From the IMG/VR virus record IMGVR_UViG_3300036823_000160, positions 1 through 64,000 of that record: a stretch of DNA of 64,000 nt. One strand, given 5' to 3'. The position numbers and the translations under genes were made by a program. Under the pieces are notes generated by a model. That model was not told where the DNA came from, did no database searches, and saw nothing but the letters and a program-made list of their open reading frames with translations. Of the stretch, positions 1-8,741 are shown in pieces. The stretch is from a virus. Numbering within the stretch: the stretch's first letter is position 1; each line of letters opens with the position of its first letter.

Positions 1-162
1 GGCACCGCGAGCGCGGGCCCCCGCGGCACCGCGAGCGCGGGCGACGGCGGCACCGCGAGCGCGGGCGACGGCGGCACCGCGAGCGCGGGCGACGGCGGCA
101 CCGCGAGCGCGGGCGACGGCGGCACCGCGAGCGCGGGCGACGGCGGCACCGCGAGCGCGGGC
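1..162 (+). repeat. 24-bp coding tandem repeat GGCACCGCGAGCGCGGGCGACGGC, about 6.75 copies
   Basis: Read directly; the first unit varies (CCCCGC); encodes GTASAGDG. Confidence 0.95.
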
Positions 163-306
163 GAGAAAGGCTCTGTCCTCTTTCGACAGTGGGACGAGAA
201 GGCCGACCGCTATCGGTTGGTCACAGGCTACGTCGGCGAGGATGGGATCGAGGCGAACGTCCCGTACGAGCTCAACCGCGACGGCAAGCTGGTTCGCAAG
301 TCGTGA
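1..306 (+). CDS. C-terminal part of a phage octapeptide-repeat protein (GTASAGDG repeats, C-terminus GYVGEDGIEANVPYEL), 5' truncated by the window
   Basis: Frame 1 is open from base 1 to TGA 304-306 (not in the ORF track because it has no start). Repeat plus GEDGI..Y.L tail is typical of a widespread phage family. Confidence 0.8.
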   Translation, partial: GTASAGPRGTASAGDGGTASAGDGGTASAGDGGTASAGDGGTASAGDGGTASAGEKGSVLFRQWDEKADRYRLVTGYVGEDGIEANVPYELNRDGKLVRKS

Positions 307-1109
307 TCGTCGACGGCTGCCAGCGCTGGACCACCGGCCGCGAGTCTCGCCGGCCACCCGGCGAGACGATCAACCCGAGCGAGTACGACGTGCACCCGAT
401 CGCGCTCGCGTCCGAGGCCCGCGGCTTCGTCGAGACCCACCACTACGCGCGGTCGTGCTCGTCGCTCGCGCACCGCCTCGGCTTGTATCGACGTGGCGCA
501 CTGGTCGGCGTGGCCGCGTTCGGTCCGCCTGCGAGCGTGAACGCACACAACGCGGTGTGGCCGACGCTCGGATACGACGAGGCCGTCACGCTCGGCCGGT
601 TCGTGCTCGTGGACGAGGTACCCGGCAACGGCGAGTCATGGTTCATCGCGCGGTGCTTCGCGCTCCTGCGCGTCTCGGGCGTGGTCGCGGTCGAGTCCTG
701 CGCCGATCCGGTGCGCCGCATCGCCGACGACGGGACTGTTCGCCATCGAGGCCACGTCGGCACGATCTACCAGGGCACGAACGGGCTCTACGTTGGGCGC
801 ACGAACGCGACCTCTCTGCGCATCCTGCCCGACGGCACGTGCTTGTCGAACCGCGCGCAAGGCAAGCTCGTGCGCGGCGTGCGCGGCGCCGGCGGCCCCG
901 TGCGCCAGCTCGAGACCGCCGGCGCCGACACGCTGCGCGAGGGCGACAACCCGCTCGAGTGGCTGCGCCGATGGCGCGCCGCTCTCACGCGTCCGATGCG
1001 TCACCCGGGCTGCTATCGCTACCTCTGGTGTCTCGACAAGCGCCGCCGCCGCGAGGTCATGAGTGCGCGTGTGTCGCTGCCCTACCCGAAGGTCTCTCTC
1101 ACGTCGTGA
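303..1109 (+). CDS. Mom-family (GNAT-fold) adenine modification protein
   Basis: Motifs FVETHHY, LVGVAAFG, LGRFVLVDEVPGNGESWFIARC, SCADP, GHVGTIYQGTN. GTG 303 overlaps the upstream TGA. Confidence 0.8.
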   Translation: MIVDGCQRWTTGRESRRPPGETINPSEYDVHPIALASEARGFVETHHYARSCSSLAHRLGLYRRGALVGVAAFGPPASVNAHNAVWPTLGYDEAVTLGRFVLVDEVPGNGESWFIARCFALLRVSGVVAVESCADPVRRIADDGTVRHRGHVGTIYQGTNGLYVGRTNATSLRILPDGTCLSNRAQGKLVRGVRGAGGPVRQLETAGADTLREGDNPLEWLRRWRAALTRPMRHPGCYRYLWCLDKRRRREVMSARVSLPYPKVSLTS

Positions 1110-1159
1110 TTACTTGTGGTTCAAGGTAGCGTTGCGGCTCCGGATCCCGCTTCGCGTTC

Positions 1160-1435
1160 GTGCCGCCGTTCAACCACCGCCCTCTCGACGCGCTCTGCGA
1201 CGCGTGCGCCGACTCATGGTTCGCGCAGCTGCGCGGCGTCGCCGCGTCCCGCTACCAGTGGGCGCTCGACGTTGCCGCGCGCGTGCCGCGAGCTCGCCCG
1301 TGGCCCTCCGACTCGCCGCGGTCTCGCGTCATCGCGCGGCGGCGCGTCGCCGACCTCGCCCGTGATCCGCGGCTGCGGGAGCGGCTCGCCGCCGAGGCCG
1401 AGCGCGCAGCGGCTGAGTGCTGGGACGCCAGCTAG
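1160..1435 (+). CDS. hypothetical protein
   Basis: ORF fills the gap before the convergent gene at 1465. Confidence 0.5.
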   Translation: MPPFNHRPLDALCDACADSWFAQLRGVAASRYQWALDVAARVPRARPWPSDSPRSRVIARRRVADLARDPRLRERLAAEAERAAAECWDAS

Positions 1436-1464
1436 CGCTCATGGACTAGCCCGTAACGGGATGG

Positions 1465-1746
1465 CTACGCCGCCTCGCGCGCCCGCGCCCTCAGCGCCGC
1501 CACGAGCACGACCTGCGCCTCGGGTAGCACGGCCACGTCATCATCGGTCACGAGGCCCGAGTACATGTTCGCGATCGCACACTCGTCACAGATCTGGATC
1601 TCGTAGCTCTCGCTCACGATCCAGCCCGGGCAGTCGGTGCAGCAACGGCGCCTGCTCGGACGCGCGGCCAGGAGCGCGCGAACCGCGACGAGGTAGGGGC
1701 CGCGCGCGGCCTCGATTGCGGTCGTGAACACGAGGATCTTGGACAT
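1465..1746 (-). CDS. hypothetical Cys-rich protein, paralogue of 7963-8385
   Basis: MSKILV...CPGWIVSES..IQICDEC..DDDVAVLPEA; start 14 nt after a sigma54-like GC element. Confidence 0.7.
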   Translation of the reverse strand: MSKILVFTTAIEAARGPYLVAVRALLAARPSRRRCCTDCPGWIVSESYEIQICDECAIANMYSGLVTDDDVAVLPEAQVVLVAALRARAREAA

Positions 1747-1758
1747 GACCAGGTTCCG

Positions 1759-1775
1759 TGCATGTCGCGCGCCCG
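1759..1775 (-). promoter_or_regulatory. sigma54-like -24/-12 promoter (CGGGCGCGCGACATGCA)
   Basis: GG-N10-GC, then CCTGGTC and ATG 14 nt after the C. Confidence 0.5.
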
Positions 1776-1913
1776 CACCGACGTCGCAGCAGGGACCCGG
1801 ATCCGCGTTGACCCACGCCACGGATCGTGGTTCCCTGGTCACGGTGTTGCTGATGGACCACGGGATCGCCAGCGAGTCGCGCGCGCGGTCGCGCACTTGG
1901 CCGCGTTCGTTAC

Positions 1914-1930
1914 CTGGCACACCACGCGCA
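1914..1930 (+). promoter_or_regulatory. sigma54-like promoter (CTGGCACACCACGCGCA)
   Basis: TGGCAC with GG-N10-GC spacing, followed by TCCCTGGTCA and ATG 1946. Confidence 0.6.
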
Positions 1931-1945
1931 ATATCCCTGGTCACG

Positions 1946-2140
1946 ATGCGAATCAAGCTCCCAACTGCTCTTGTCCCGCCGCGGCGCGTGGTCCCGAACG
2001 GGACCGAGCTCACCAGGTGCTCGCTCACGCTTGCGACCCTCGACTCGATCGACTCGGGCGTTCCATTCCACATGACGCGCGCGGCCGACATCGCGTCGTA
2101 CCGCACGTACTTCCACAACATCCCGAGCGTGCTGTCGTGA
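1946..2140 (+). CDS. hypothetical protein
   Basis: Follows the promoter; its TGA overlaps GTG 2137. Confidence 0.55.
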   Translation: MRIKLPTALVPPRRVVPNGTELTRCSLTLATLDSIDSGVPFHMTRAADIASYRTYFHNIPSVLS

Positions 2141-3183
2141 TCCTGGCCATCGAGGCAGCGCTCGCGAAAGCTCGTGGACTCGGCCACGACCCAGAGATCT
2201 GGGTCTCGGGTCTGAACCAGTACAAATGCATGCGTTGTGGGCAGATCGAGTTCGTCGGGCGGTGCTTGCTCGCGTACACCGATGACGAGACCTATGCACT
2301 CGTGTCGAGACAGGCCGGGCTCACGGCCATGCTCGAGTGCGGGCGCGATGTCGAGATTGCGAACGAGATCGACGCCCTGAACGCATTGCTCGGCGAGCAC
2401 GAGATCGACGTCGATCCCGACACGGCGCGCGACGCGTTCCTGGCCGCGCCGGGACTCGGCACCGCCACCGACTACTGGACCGCGGCCAGTGGACTGTTCG
2501 CCGATCGCGAGCTGCTCAACGTCGAGCGCATGGTCGCGCCGCATCTCGCTCCCGTGCTGGAGGAGGCCGTCGCGTCGCACGGCGACGAGATCGAGGTCGA
2601 GCTCGACGTCGCGGACGAGATCGTCACGCTGACCGAGGACGGCTGGCTCGTGACTGTGATCGATCGCGTGCCCGTTGTGGGCGAACGCGGCTGGTGTGTG
2701 CCCGCCGATCTCGAGCTCGACGCCGCGCTGGCCGATATCGTGCGCGAACGCGGCTCGGCCGAGAACGAGTTCGGCTGGTCGTTCGCGGCCGAGATGACCC
2801 AGCCCACCGAGAAGGGCGAGCGCATCATCACGGTGCTGGTCGATCGCGAGACCGCATCCACCGACGACACCAATGACACCGGGTCGCATTCGCTAAAGGA
2901 ACTCGTCCGCCGCGAGGTCGAGAGTCTGGCCAGCGTGTTCGAGATCGCAGAGGGTCACGACGAGCACGAGGACGCTGCGGACTGGCTCGCAAGCGGTGAC
3001 TCGATCGATACCCTGCACCACACCGACCGGCTCGACACCTGTGGTTATACCGACGCGATCGAGTCGCTCGGGTACCTGCGCGGTGCCGCGGACGCGCTCG
3101 ACGTCACGATTCTGGAGCTGGTTGAGCACTGCGATCAGATCCCAGTGCTGCGCGCGGCGCGCACGCCGAAGGACGCATCGTGA
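2137..3183 (+). CDS. highly acidic hypothetical protein
   Basis: GTGA-coupled start; the upstream part of track ORF 1762 does not look coding; strong D/E excess. Confidence 0.7.
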   Translation: MILAIEAALAKARGLGHDPEIWVSGLNQYKCMRCGQIEFVGRCLLAYTDDETYALVSRQAGLTAMLECGRDVEIANEIDALNALLGEHEIDVDPDTARDAFLAAPGLGTATDYWTAASGLFADRELLNVERMVAPHLAPVLEEAVASHGDEIEVELDVADEIVTLTEDGWLVTVIDRVPVVGERGWCVPADLELDAALADIVRERGSAENEFGWSFAAEMTQPTEKGERIITVLVDRETASTDDTNDTGSHSLKELVRREVESLASVFEIAEGHDEHEDAADWLASGDSIDTLHHTDRLDTCGYTDAIESLGYLRGAADALDVTILELVEHCDQIPVLRAARTPKDAS

Positions 3184-3386
3184 CCCCGTCCGGGCTCGAC
3201 AGCGCGTCCGTGTGCGCGACCTGTAACGATGAGGGCATCGTCACGATCGAGGTCCTGCGCGGGCGCATCGATGTCGACTACGTCGACGAGCCGTGCCCGG
3301 ACTGCAACGCGGACGACGCCGAGGACTGGCGCGAGGACACCGCGCGCACCTGTCAGGACCCGAGCATCACGGGGGTTCACCCGTGA
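3180..3386 (+). CDS. small CxxC..CxxC protein
   Basis: CATC and CPDC; GTGA overlap. Confidence 0.6.
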   Translation: MTPSGLDSASVCATCNDEGIVTIEVLRGRIDVDYVDEPCPDCNADDAEDWREDTARTCQDPSITGVHP

Positions 3387-3436
3387 CGCGCCACCACGAA
3401 CAGCACAACAACAAGATCACGAACAAGGAAACGAAT

Positions 3437-3799
3437 ATGAAGCACAAGACGCTGATCCCGATCCTGCTCGTGGCGCTGGCCGCGTGCACCACCAACACCG
3501 AGGAGGTCGGGGACTACGAGGGCTCCGACGTCGCCTGGACCTGCACGACCACGGCCTCGTGCCAGGGCGTGACCCAGACCCTCACCCATGATCTCTGCCT
3601 CCGACCGTCCGACGAGGACATCGAGCAGGCCGGAGACTCCGCCGCCGGCGACTTCGAGAAGCTCTGGCACGCGGCCTGCGACGCGGATCAGGGCCTGCTC
3701 GACGACGAGGGCCACGTCTGCCTCGGCATGAACGGCGCGCCCGCGAACTGGGGCTGCTCGGTCGAGTGCGAGGCCGCGAACCGGCGGTGCACGCCGTGA
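3437..3799 (+). CDS. Cys-rich lipoprotein
   Basis: MKHKTLIPILLVALAA-C lipobox; AAGGA upstream. Confidence 0.75.
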   Translation: MKHKTLIPILLVALAACTTNTEEVGDYEGSDVAWTCTTTASCQGVTQTLTHDLCLRPSDEDIEQAGDSAAGDFEKLWHAACDADQGLLDDEGHVCLGMNGAPANWGCSVECEAANRRCTP

Positions 3800-3808
3800 A
3801 TGCAGCGC

Positions 3809-3835
3809 GGAAGGACGAGAGCGAGCTCGCGGGTT
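3809..3835 (+). promoter_or_regulatory. ECF-type promoter (GGAAGG-N18-GTT)
   Basis: Member of the 18-copy motif; ATG 8 nt downstream. Confidence 0.6.
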
Positions 3836-3843
3836 CGGACGCG

Positions 3844-5265
3844 ATGACCACGACCATCGCCAGCGACGCGCGCGACGACTACCAGAACATGCTCAACGCC
3901 TTGCGCGACAACTTCGCGGCGCTCACCGGTCCGCTGTTCGAGACTGACGCCGAGGGCTTGTGGAAGGCGTGGCTCGGCGCGCTGCCCGAGTCCGAGCGAC
4001 AGCACCACAACTGCCACGCGTGCCGGCGCTTCATCGAGAAGTACCTCGGCCTCGTGACCATCGACGAGAAGGGGATCGTGCACGTCAGCTTCCCCTGGAT
4101 GTCGAACGACTACGCGCGCTCGTTCATCGCCGCCGCCAAGATCGTGGAGTCCGCACGAGTCACCGGCGTGCACGTGTCCTCGGATAAGATCTACGGGCTG
4201 GCCGCGAACACCGACAAGAAGAACGGCTGCACGCGCCACCACATGCACGTGATCCCGCCGGCGGCGATGATCTTCACGGGCAAGATTCTGAACGCTAGCC
4301 AGCGCGCCGCCGAGCTTCGTGCGGACCGGGCCACGCTCTCGAACGCGCTCGCCGAGTTCAAGTCCGAGACCGTGAAGCAAGCGCTGGCGATCGCCGAGGC
4401 CGAGTCACTCTACCGCGGCGAGAAGATCGAGGACCGGCTCCGGTGGCTCGTGGAGCTCCACGAGCGTCGCGCGGCGACCGCGAACATGCGCACGAAGGAG
4501 AACCTGACGTGGCTCGCGGTGGCGACCGCGCCGGTCGGCTACTGCCACATCAAGTCCTCGGTCGTCGGCTCGCTCCTCGGTGACATCGAGGCTGGCAAGC
4601 CGTTCGCCGAGGTCAAGCGCGCGTTCAACGCGAAGATGCACCCGCTCCAGTACCAGCGCCCGACCGCGCCACCGAGCGAGGGCAACATCAAGCAAGCCGA
4701 GGCGCTCGTCGAGAAGCTCGGGATCGCGCCGTCTCTGCGCCGGCGCTACGCGCGGCTCGAGGACGTGATCGCTCACGCGGTCTGGACGCCGCGCGAGGCC
4801 GAGATCGAGAAGAAGGGTGGCGTGTTCAATCACCTGCGCGACCAGCCCAAGGGCGCGCTCGTGGTCGTGCAAGGGGCGACGATGACGTGGGACAAGTTCG
4901 CACGCACGGTGTTAACCACGGCCGAGCTCGCCGCCGGCACGCGTGTGAAGGTGACCGCGATCGTGCCGATGCCGAACCAGTGGCAGCCTGGGTTCGATCA
5001 CCACGGCAACGGCGTGCTTCTGATCTTGGACGGCTGCCGCGACACGCGCGACGTGGCGCTGTCTCTGTTCCCGGAGTTCCTCAAGAGCGAGCTGCACGCG
5101 GTGCGTTCGACGATCGAGGCGCACTCGCGCAAGGGTGTGATCGAGGGCAAGGAGCAGGCGAGCGCGTGTGGCATTCCGGTGCGCGCGGGTTCGAGCGCCA
5201 ACGTGAGGGTCCGTGTGACCTCGCGCGGCACGTTGACCGACTACACCATCGACCGGTGGGACTAG
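3844..5265 (+). CDS. conserved phage hypothetical protein (HHNCHAC, HPLQYQRP motifs)
   Basis: Long ORF with coding-like composition; start placed by the promoter motif. Confidence 0.8.
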   Translation: MTTTIASDARDDYQNMLNALRDNFAALTGPLFETDAEGLWKAWLGALPESERQHHNCHACRRFIEKYLGLVTIDEKGIVHVSFPWMSNDYARSFIAAAKIVESARVTGVHVSSDKIYGLAANTDKKNGCTRHHMHVIPPAAMIFTGKILNASQRAAELRADRATLSNALAEFKSETVKQALAIAEAESLYRGEKIEDRLRWLVELHERRAATANMRTKENLTWLAVATAPVGYCHIKSSVVGSLLGDIEAGKPFAEVKRAFNAKMHPLQYQRPTAPPSEGNIKQAEALVEKLGIAPSLRRRYARLEDVIAHAVWTPREAEIEKKGGVFNHLRDQPKGALVVVQGATMTWDKFARTVLTTAELAAGTRVKVTAIVPMPNQWQPGFDHHGNGVLLILDGCRDTRDVALSLFPEFLKSELHAVRSTIEAHSRKGVIEGKEQASACGIPVRAGSSANVRVRVTSRGTLTDYTIDRWD

Positions 5266-5274
5266 GTCGCGAGC

Positions 5275-5562
5275 GTGAGCCGGCTCAAGAGTTTGGCGGA
5301 GATCGCGAGGCGCACCGTCCGACGCGAGTACCAACGCAACTGGTTCGCGAACCGGACACCCGAGCAGCGCGAGGCCGACCGCGAGCGCCAACGTAACTGG
5401 TTAGCGAATCGGACGCCCGAGGTTGTGGACGTGCGCACGCACAACCAGGCGGTCGCAAGCGCACGGTTCGAAGGTGTCATGGAGGAGCGCAAGCGGGTCG
5501 CGCGCCTTCCGCACCCCTTCTCTAACGTTCCGAACGCGATCCACTCGCTTGTCGAGCGCTGA
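5275..5562 (+). CDS. hypothetical protein with QRNWxANRTPE repeat
   Basis: Two internal repeats; shares 26 bp exactly with 8883-8908. Confidence 0.55.
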   Translation: MSRLKSLAEIARRTVRREYQRNWFANRTPEQREADRERQRNWLANRTPEVVDVRTHNQAVASARFEGVMEERKRVARLPHPFSNVPNAIHSLVER

Positions 5563-6166
5563 TCGCGGCTGATCGCGCCGTGTTCGGGGGCTTGTCTGAG
5601 TCCTCGCACGCGAGCTCGGCGCTGGTCGAGTCCGCGTTCGCGACGTCGATCACCGACGCGGGCGCGGGTAGCGCCGGCCGCGCAGCGGACTGGAACGCGT
5701 TCGCAAGCCTGGTCACAAGGGCCATATCAGCCATCGACGGCGTGACAGCGCCCCCGTGCGCGTTGTGCATCTGGATCGCCGCCTCGACCTGTACCGATTG
5801 CATGGGCATGCCGTACCCGCGCTGCTCGAGTCGGATCATGGCCTGCGTGCGTTGCTCGAGCGTTGGCAGGATCGACCCCCGTTCATCGATCGTCACCACG
5901 ATCTCGCCGTCCTCGAGCTCGACCAGAATCGGGCTCTTACCAGCTGCGATCGCGAGCTGGAAATCGACGAATAGATCAGGATCGAGACGCTGGCGGATCG
6001 CGAGCGATAGCGACCGCGCCGCGCGCGCCGCGTCCTTAGTCCGCGTCGTTCCCTTGCGCCCCTTGATGAACCGCCCGTTCGAGATGTCCCGGCCCGTGAT
6101 CTCGGTCCCGCCGATGGCCGGCTTAGGCTGGCCGGCCCGGGGGGCCGAGGCAAATAGTGACTCCAT
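5522..6166 (-). CDS. putative terminase small subunit
   Basis: N-terminal GRFIKGRKG and a R..A..L..RGYG.P.Q motif resemble TerS-like proteins. Confidence 0.5.
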   Translation of the reverse strand: MESLFASAPRAGQPKPAIGGTEITGRDISNGRFIKGRKGTTRTKDAARAARSLSLAIRQRLDPDLFVDFQLAIAAGKSPILVELEDGEIVVTIDERGSILPTLEQRTQAMIRLEQRGYGMPMQSVQVEAAIQMHNAHGGAVTPSMADMALVTRLANAFQSAARPALPAPASVIDVANADSTSAELACEDSDKPPNTARSAAISARQASGSRSER

Positions 6167-6169
6167 GTT

Positions 6170-6640
6170 TCAGTTTAGAACCGGAAAAGCCTCGAACCAA
6201 ATCCGGGATGGCCAAGGCCGCGGGGCGCACCCGAGCCCTGCCAGGTCCGGCGCACACAAAATCCAACACTTACCAGATGCCCTCCGCACCTAGACCCTCA
6301 GGTGAGGCTTCCTAATTCGGGTGCAGATACGACCACTTATAACCCGTTTCGGCCTCAAAAACCAGACCCCTCCGCTCCGCCGCACGGGGATCAACATTTC
6401 CCAGTACTGGTGTGTGCGTAACGGCCGCTGTATGCGTCCCTACAATACGGCCTGTCCATGCTACTCCCCTACAGTACGGCCGGCACACACCATTATGAGC
6501 TGATCTTTAACCCCTCTTTAGGTCTGGTAGAGGAACTAGGTAAGGTATGAACACAGAATCACTGACGTTCTGGCTGCCTCACCACCCGCCACACCCCATC
6601 CCCACCTAATCTGGTCCGGCGCCATGCACCCGCCAGCCCT
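6170..6640. other. lower-GC non-coding region with direct repeats; candidate origin or packaging site
   Basis: Largest gap without a credible ORF; CCCTACA(A/G)TACGGCC at 6438-6452 and 6467-6481. Confidence 0.4.
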
Positions 6641-6642
6641 GG

Positions 6643-7164
6643 TTACTCGCCTTCGCCTCCGCCGGTCTTGACCCGCCGGCGCCGTTCGCGCGTGCGCGTC
6701 CTCGGTAGGCCCTCCGCGAGCGCGCGACACTCGGGGCACGTCACGAGTGCGGGGTCGACATCGGCGCCCCCATCGGAGTCCGGCGCGGCCCCGCATGCGG
6801 TCATGTTCGGTCGCGACTCCTGGCCGGGGATGAGTCGGTGCACGTAATCGGTAGAGCCTGTGTCGGGGTTGTCATCGCCCGGTGGCACGTGTCCGTGTTC
6901 CTCGACCCGGCGCTCGCGAGCTCGTTCGATGACGGCGTCACTGATCGCGACCAGGATGGCATCTCGGACCCCGGGTAGGCACGCGATCTGCTCGCCGGTC
7001 AGCTCCGAGATCAGGTCATCGGCCGCGCGTGCGAATTCCTCGGGGGTGATGTTCGCCCGCTCGACCACGATCCCGCCACCGTCCCCATCCCCGTCACCCC
7101 CCGCTCCATCACCAGTCCCGTCACCAGTCCCGTCACCAGTCCCGTCACCACCGGGCGCCGTCAT
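6643..7164 (-). CDS. hypothetical protein with N-terminal GDGT repeats and C-terminal His/Cys Zn-binding motif
   Basis: H...TACG...VTCPEC; 12-bp coding repeat. Confidence 0.65.
   Translation of the reverse strand: MTAPGGDGTGDGTGDGTGDGAGGDGDGDGGGIVVERANITPEEFARAADDLISELTGEQIACLPGVRDAILVAISDAVIERARERRVEEHGHVPPGDDNPDTGSTDYVHRLIPGQESRPNMTACGAAPDSDGGADVDPALVTCPECRALAEGLPRTRTRERRRRVKTGGGEGE
7109..7150. repeat. 12-bp tandem repeat TCACCAGTCCCG, 3.5 copies (coding)
   Basis: Read directly. Confidence 0.9.
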
Positions 7165-7188
7165 GGCTTGATCCTACGCGAGCGCGCC

Positions 7189-7580
7189 TCAGAGCTTCCC
7201 TGGCTTAATGTTAGCCTCACGTGTGCTCGGCCGCGCGTGTGCGTTCGCGCGCGCCTCACGATACCGCCGCTTCTTGACGAGCACGTGTAGACGCGGAACG
7301 GCACGCGCTTGTGGATCGCTCTGCCGCTTCGCCTCGGCCGCGCGGCGCTCGTAGTACGCACGGTCGTTCGCGACCACACACCGTACGGGCCCGTCATCAG
7401 GAGCCATCGTATCGGGTCCATACGCGCACGTAGCGCTTGCAGGTCCTCGGCCCACATGGTCCGGCACGTGGTGTGCGTGCTTTCCGCGGCGCGCGTGGCC
7501 CGCGTACGCGCGTTCCAGATCTTCACGTAGCCATCGAGGAGCGCCGCGAGGTCGGGCTCCAGAGCGATCGATTTGGACAT
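7189..7580 (-). pseudogene. hypothetical gene with apparent 2-nt frameshift at about 7376-7381
   Basis: MSKSIALE..TGPYGV continues as VANDRAYYERRAAE in another frame if one TG of (TG)3 is removed. Confidence 0.45.
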
Positions 7581-7592
7581 GACCAGGGATGT

Positions 7593-7609
7593 TGCTCGTC
7601 GCATGCCGA
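7593..7609 (-). promoter_or_regulatory. sigma54-like promoter (TCGGCATGCGACGAGCA)
   Basis: GG-N10-GC, then TCCCTGGTC and ATG 14 nt after the C. Confidence 0.55.
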
Positions 7610-7772
7610 ACGTCGCGCGCGCGTCCAAGCTCGCGGACCTGCGTCACACCTGCGCGTGAAGCGTCGCTTCGTCGCCACACTCGAGGTCGCGAACGTGGTG
7701 CGCGCGATACAGTGGACACCTGGTCATCGCGTGATTGCGCCCTTATTCGAGCACTTGGGACGCGATCGCGAG

Positions 7773-7789
7773 CTGGCGCGGTTCCCGCA
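7773..7789 (+). promoter_or_regulatory. sigma54-like promoter (CTGGCGCGGTTCCCGCA)
   Basis: GG-N10-GC, then TCCCTGGTC and ATG 7802, 14 nt after the C. Confidence 0.55.
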
Positions 7790-7801
7790 AAGTCCCTGGT
7801 C

Positions 7802-7966
7802 ATGACCACGAATAACGAGGGCAGTTCGCGATGGTTCGTCACGTACGAAACCGCGCGTGTCGGTCGGGGTTACGACACCGAGCGCGCCGCGTGGTGTCAG
7901 CACGACGCGATGGTGTGCCGGGGGCTTAACCCGGACGCGCTCGCCGTGATCGAGGTGCGCTCGTGA
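7802..7966 (+). CDS. small hypothetical protein
   Basis: Follows the promoter; TGA overlaps the next GTG. Confidence 0.55.
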   Translation: MTTNNEGSSRWFVTYETARVGRGYDTERAAWCQHDAMVCRGLNPDALAVIEVRS

Positions 7967-8385
7967 TCGGCAAGCTCGCGCGCCGCGAGCGCGCCGTGTC
8001 CAACGCGCGCGATGCGTTCCTGACCGCGATCCGGATCGAGCTCGACAACCTCCGACCATCGATGCGCTGCGCGCCCACGTGCCCCGGCTGGATCGTGTCC
8101 GAGTCCGACAAGTACGGGACTCGGATCGAGATCTGCGACGAGTGCTCGAAGGCGCGCAAGGCAGACGGTGGCGCGGTCCTCTTCGATCAGGACGTGGCGA
8201 TGTTGCCCGAGGCCGAGCGCGCGCTTGATCAAGCGCTGGCCGAGATTCGCGAGTTCGAGAACGCGCGGAACCTCCCCACGGTCGCGAAGGTGCTGGCCGA
8301 GATCGAGCACGCGTCGAAGGTGGCTCCGTTCGTGAACGAGGACACGCTCGCGCGCTGGTCGCGCGTGCTCGGGGGCGACTCGTGA
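7963..8385 (+). CDS. hypothetical Cys-rich protein, paralogue of 1465-1746
   Basis: CPGWIVSES..IEICDEC..DQDVAMLPEA. Confidence 0.7.
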   Translation: MIGKLARRERAVSNARDAFLTAIRIELDNLRPSMRCAPTCPGWIVSESDKYGTRIEICDECSKARKADGGAVLFDQDVAMLPEAERALDQALAEIREFENARNLPTVAKVLAEIEHASKVAPFVNEDTLARWSRVLGGDS

Positions 8386-8741
8386 ACGCGCGCTGCGACC
8401 TGGCCGAGCTGCGCGGCCCAATGATCGACGCGCTCCCACGCATCGAGCGTGCGCTCGCGCAGCATGTTCGCGCGCCGGGCTCGGTCGGGATCCTGCTCTC
8501 TGGTCCGCCGGGCACGGGTAAGACCATGATCGCGCGTCGGCTGGCCGGAGCGTTGCCCGCGATGAACGAGCACGCGCGGCGCTGGCTCGCACCCTACCAG
8601 CCGCGGTGCGGCTGCAAGGTGAACGCGCTCGAGGCCGATGCGAAGCTCTACGCGTGCCCGTGCGGCGACCACTGCACGGACGCGAAGTGCATCGCCGAGA
8701 ACGCCCGTAGGGGCCCTCGCACTGGTCAGGGGTCGTCGTGA
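8382..8741 (+). CDS. truncated ComM/YifB (Mg-chelatase-like) AAA+ fragment fused to a Cys-rich tail
   Basis: DLAELRG...ILLSGPPGTGKTMIARRLAGALP; no Walker B. Confidence 0.6.
   Translation: MNARCDLAELRGPMIDALPRIERALAQHVRAPGSVGILLSGPPGTGKTMIARRLAGALPAMNEHARRWLAPYQPRCGCKVNALEADAKLYACPCGDHCTDAKCIAENARRGPRTGQGSS

Noticed and set aside
1-162. 24-bp repeat as a CRISPR array
   Set aside because: No spacers; units are contiguous and encode an in-frame octapeptide repeat.
8382-8741. AAA+ fragment as the sigma54 activator
   Set aside because: No GAFTGA loop, Walker B or HTH; it resembles ComM/YifB.
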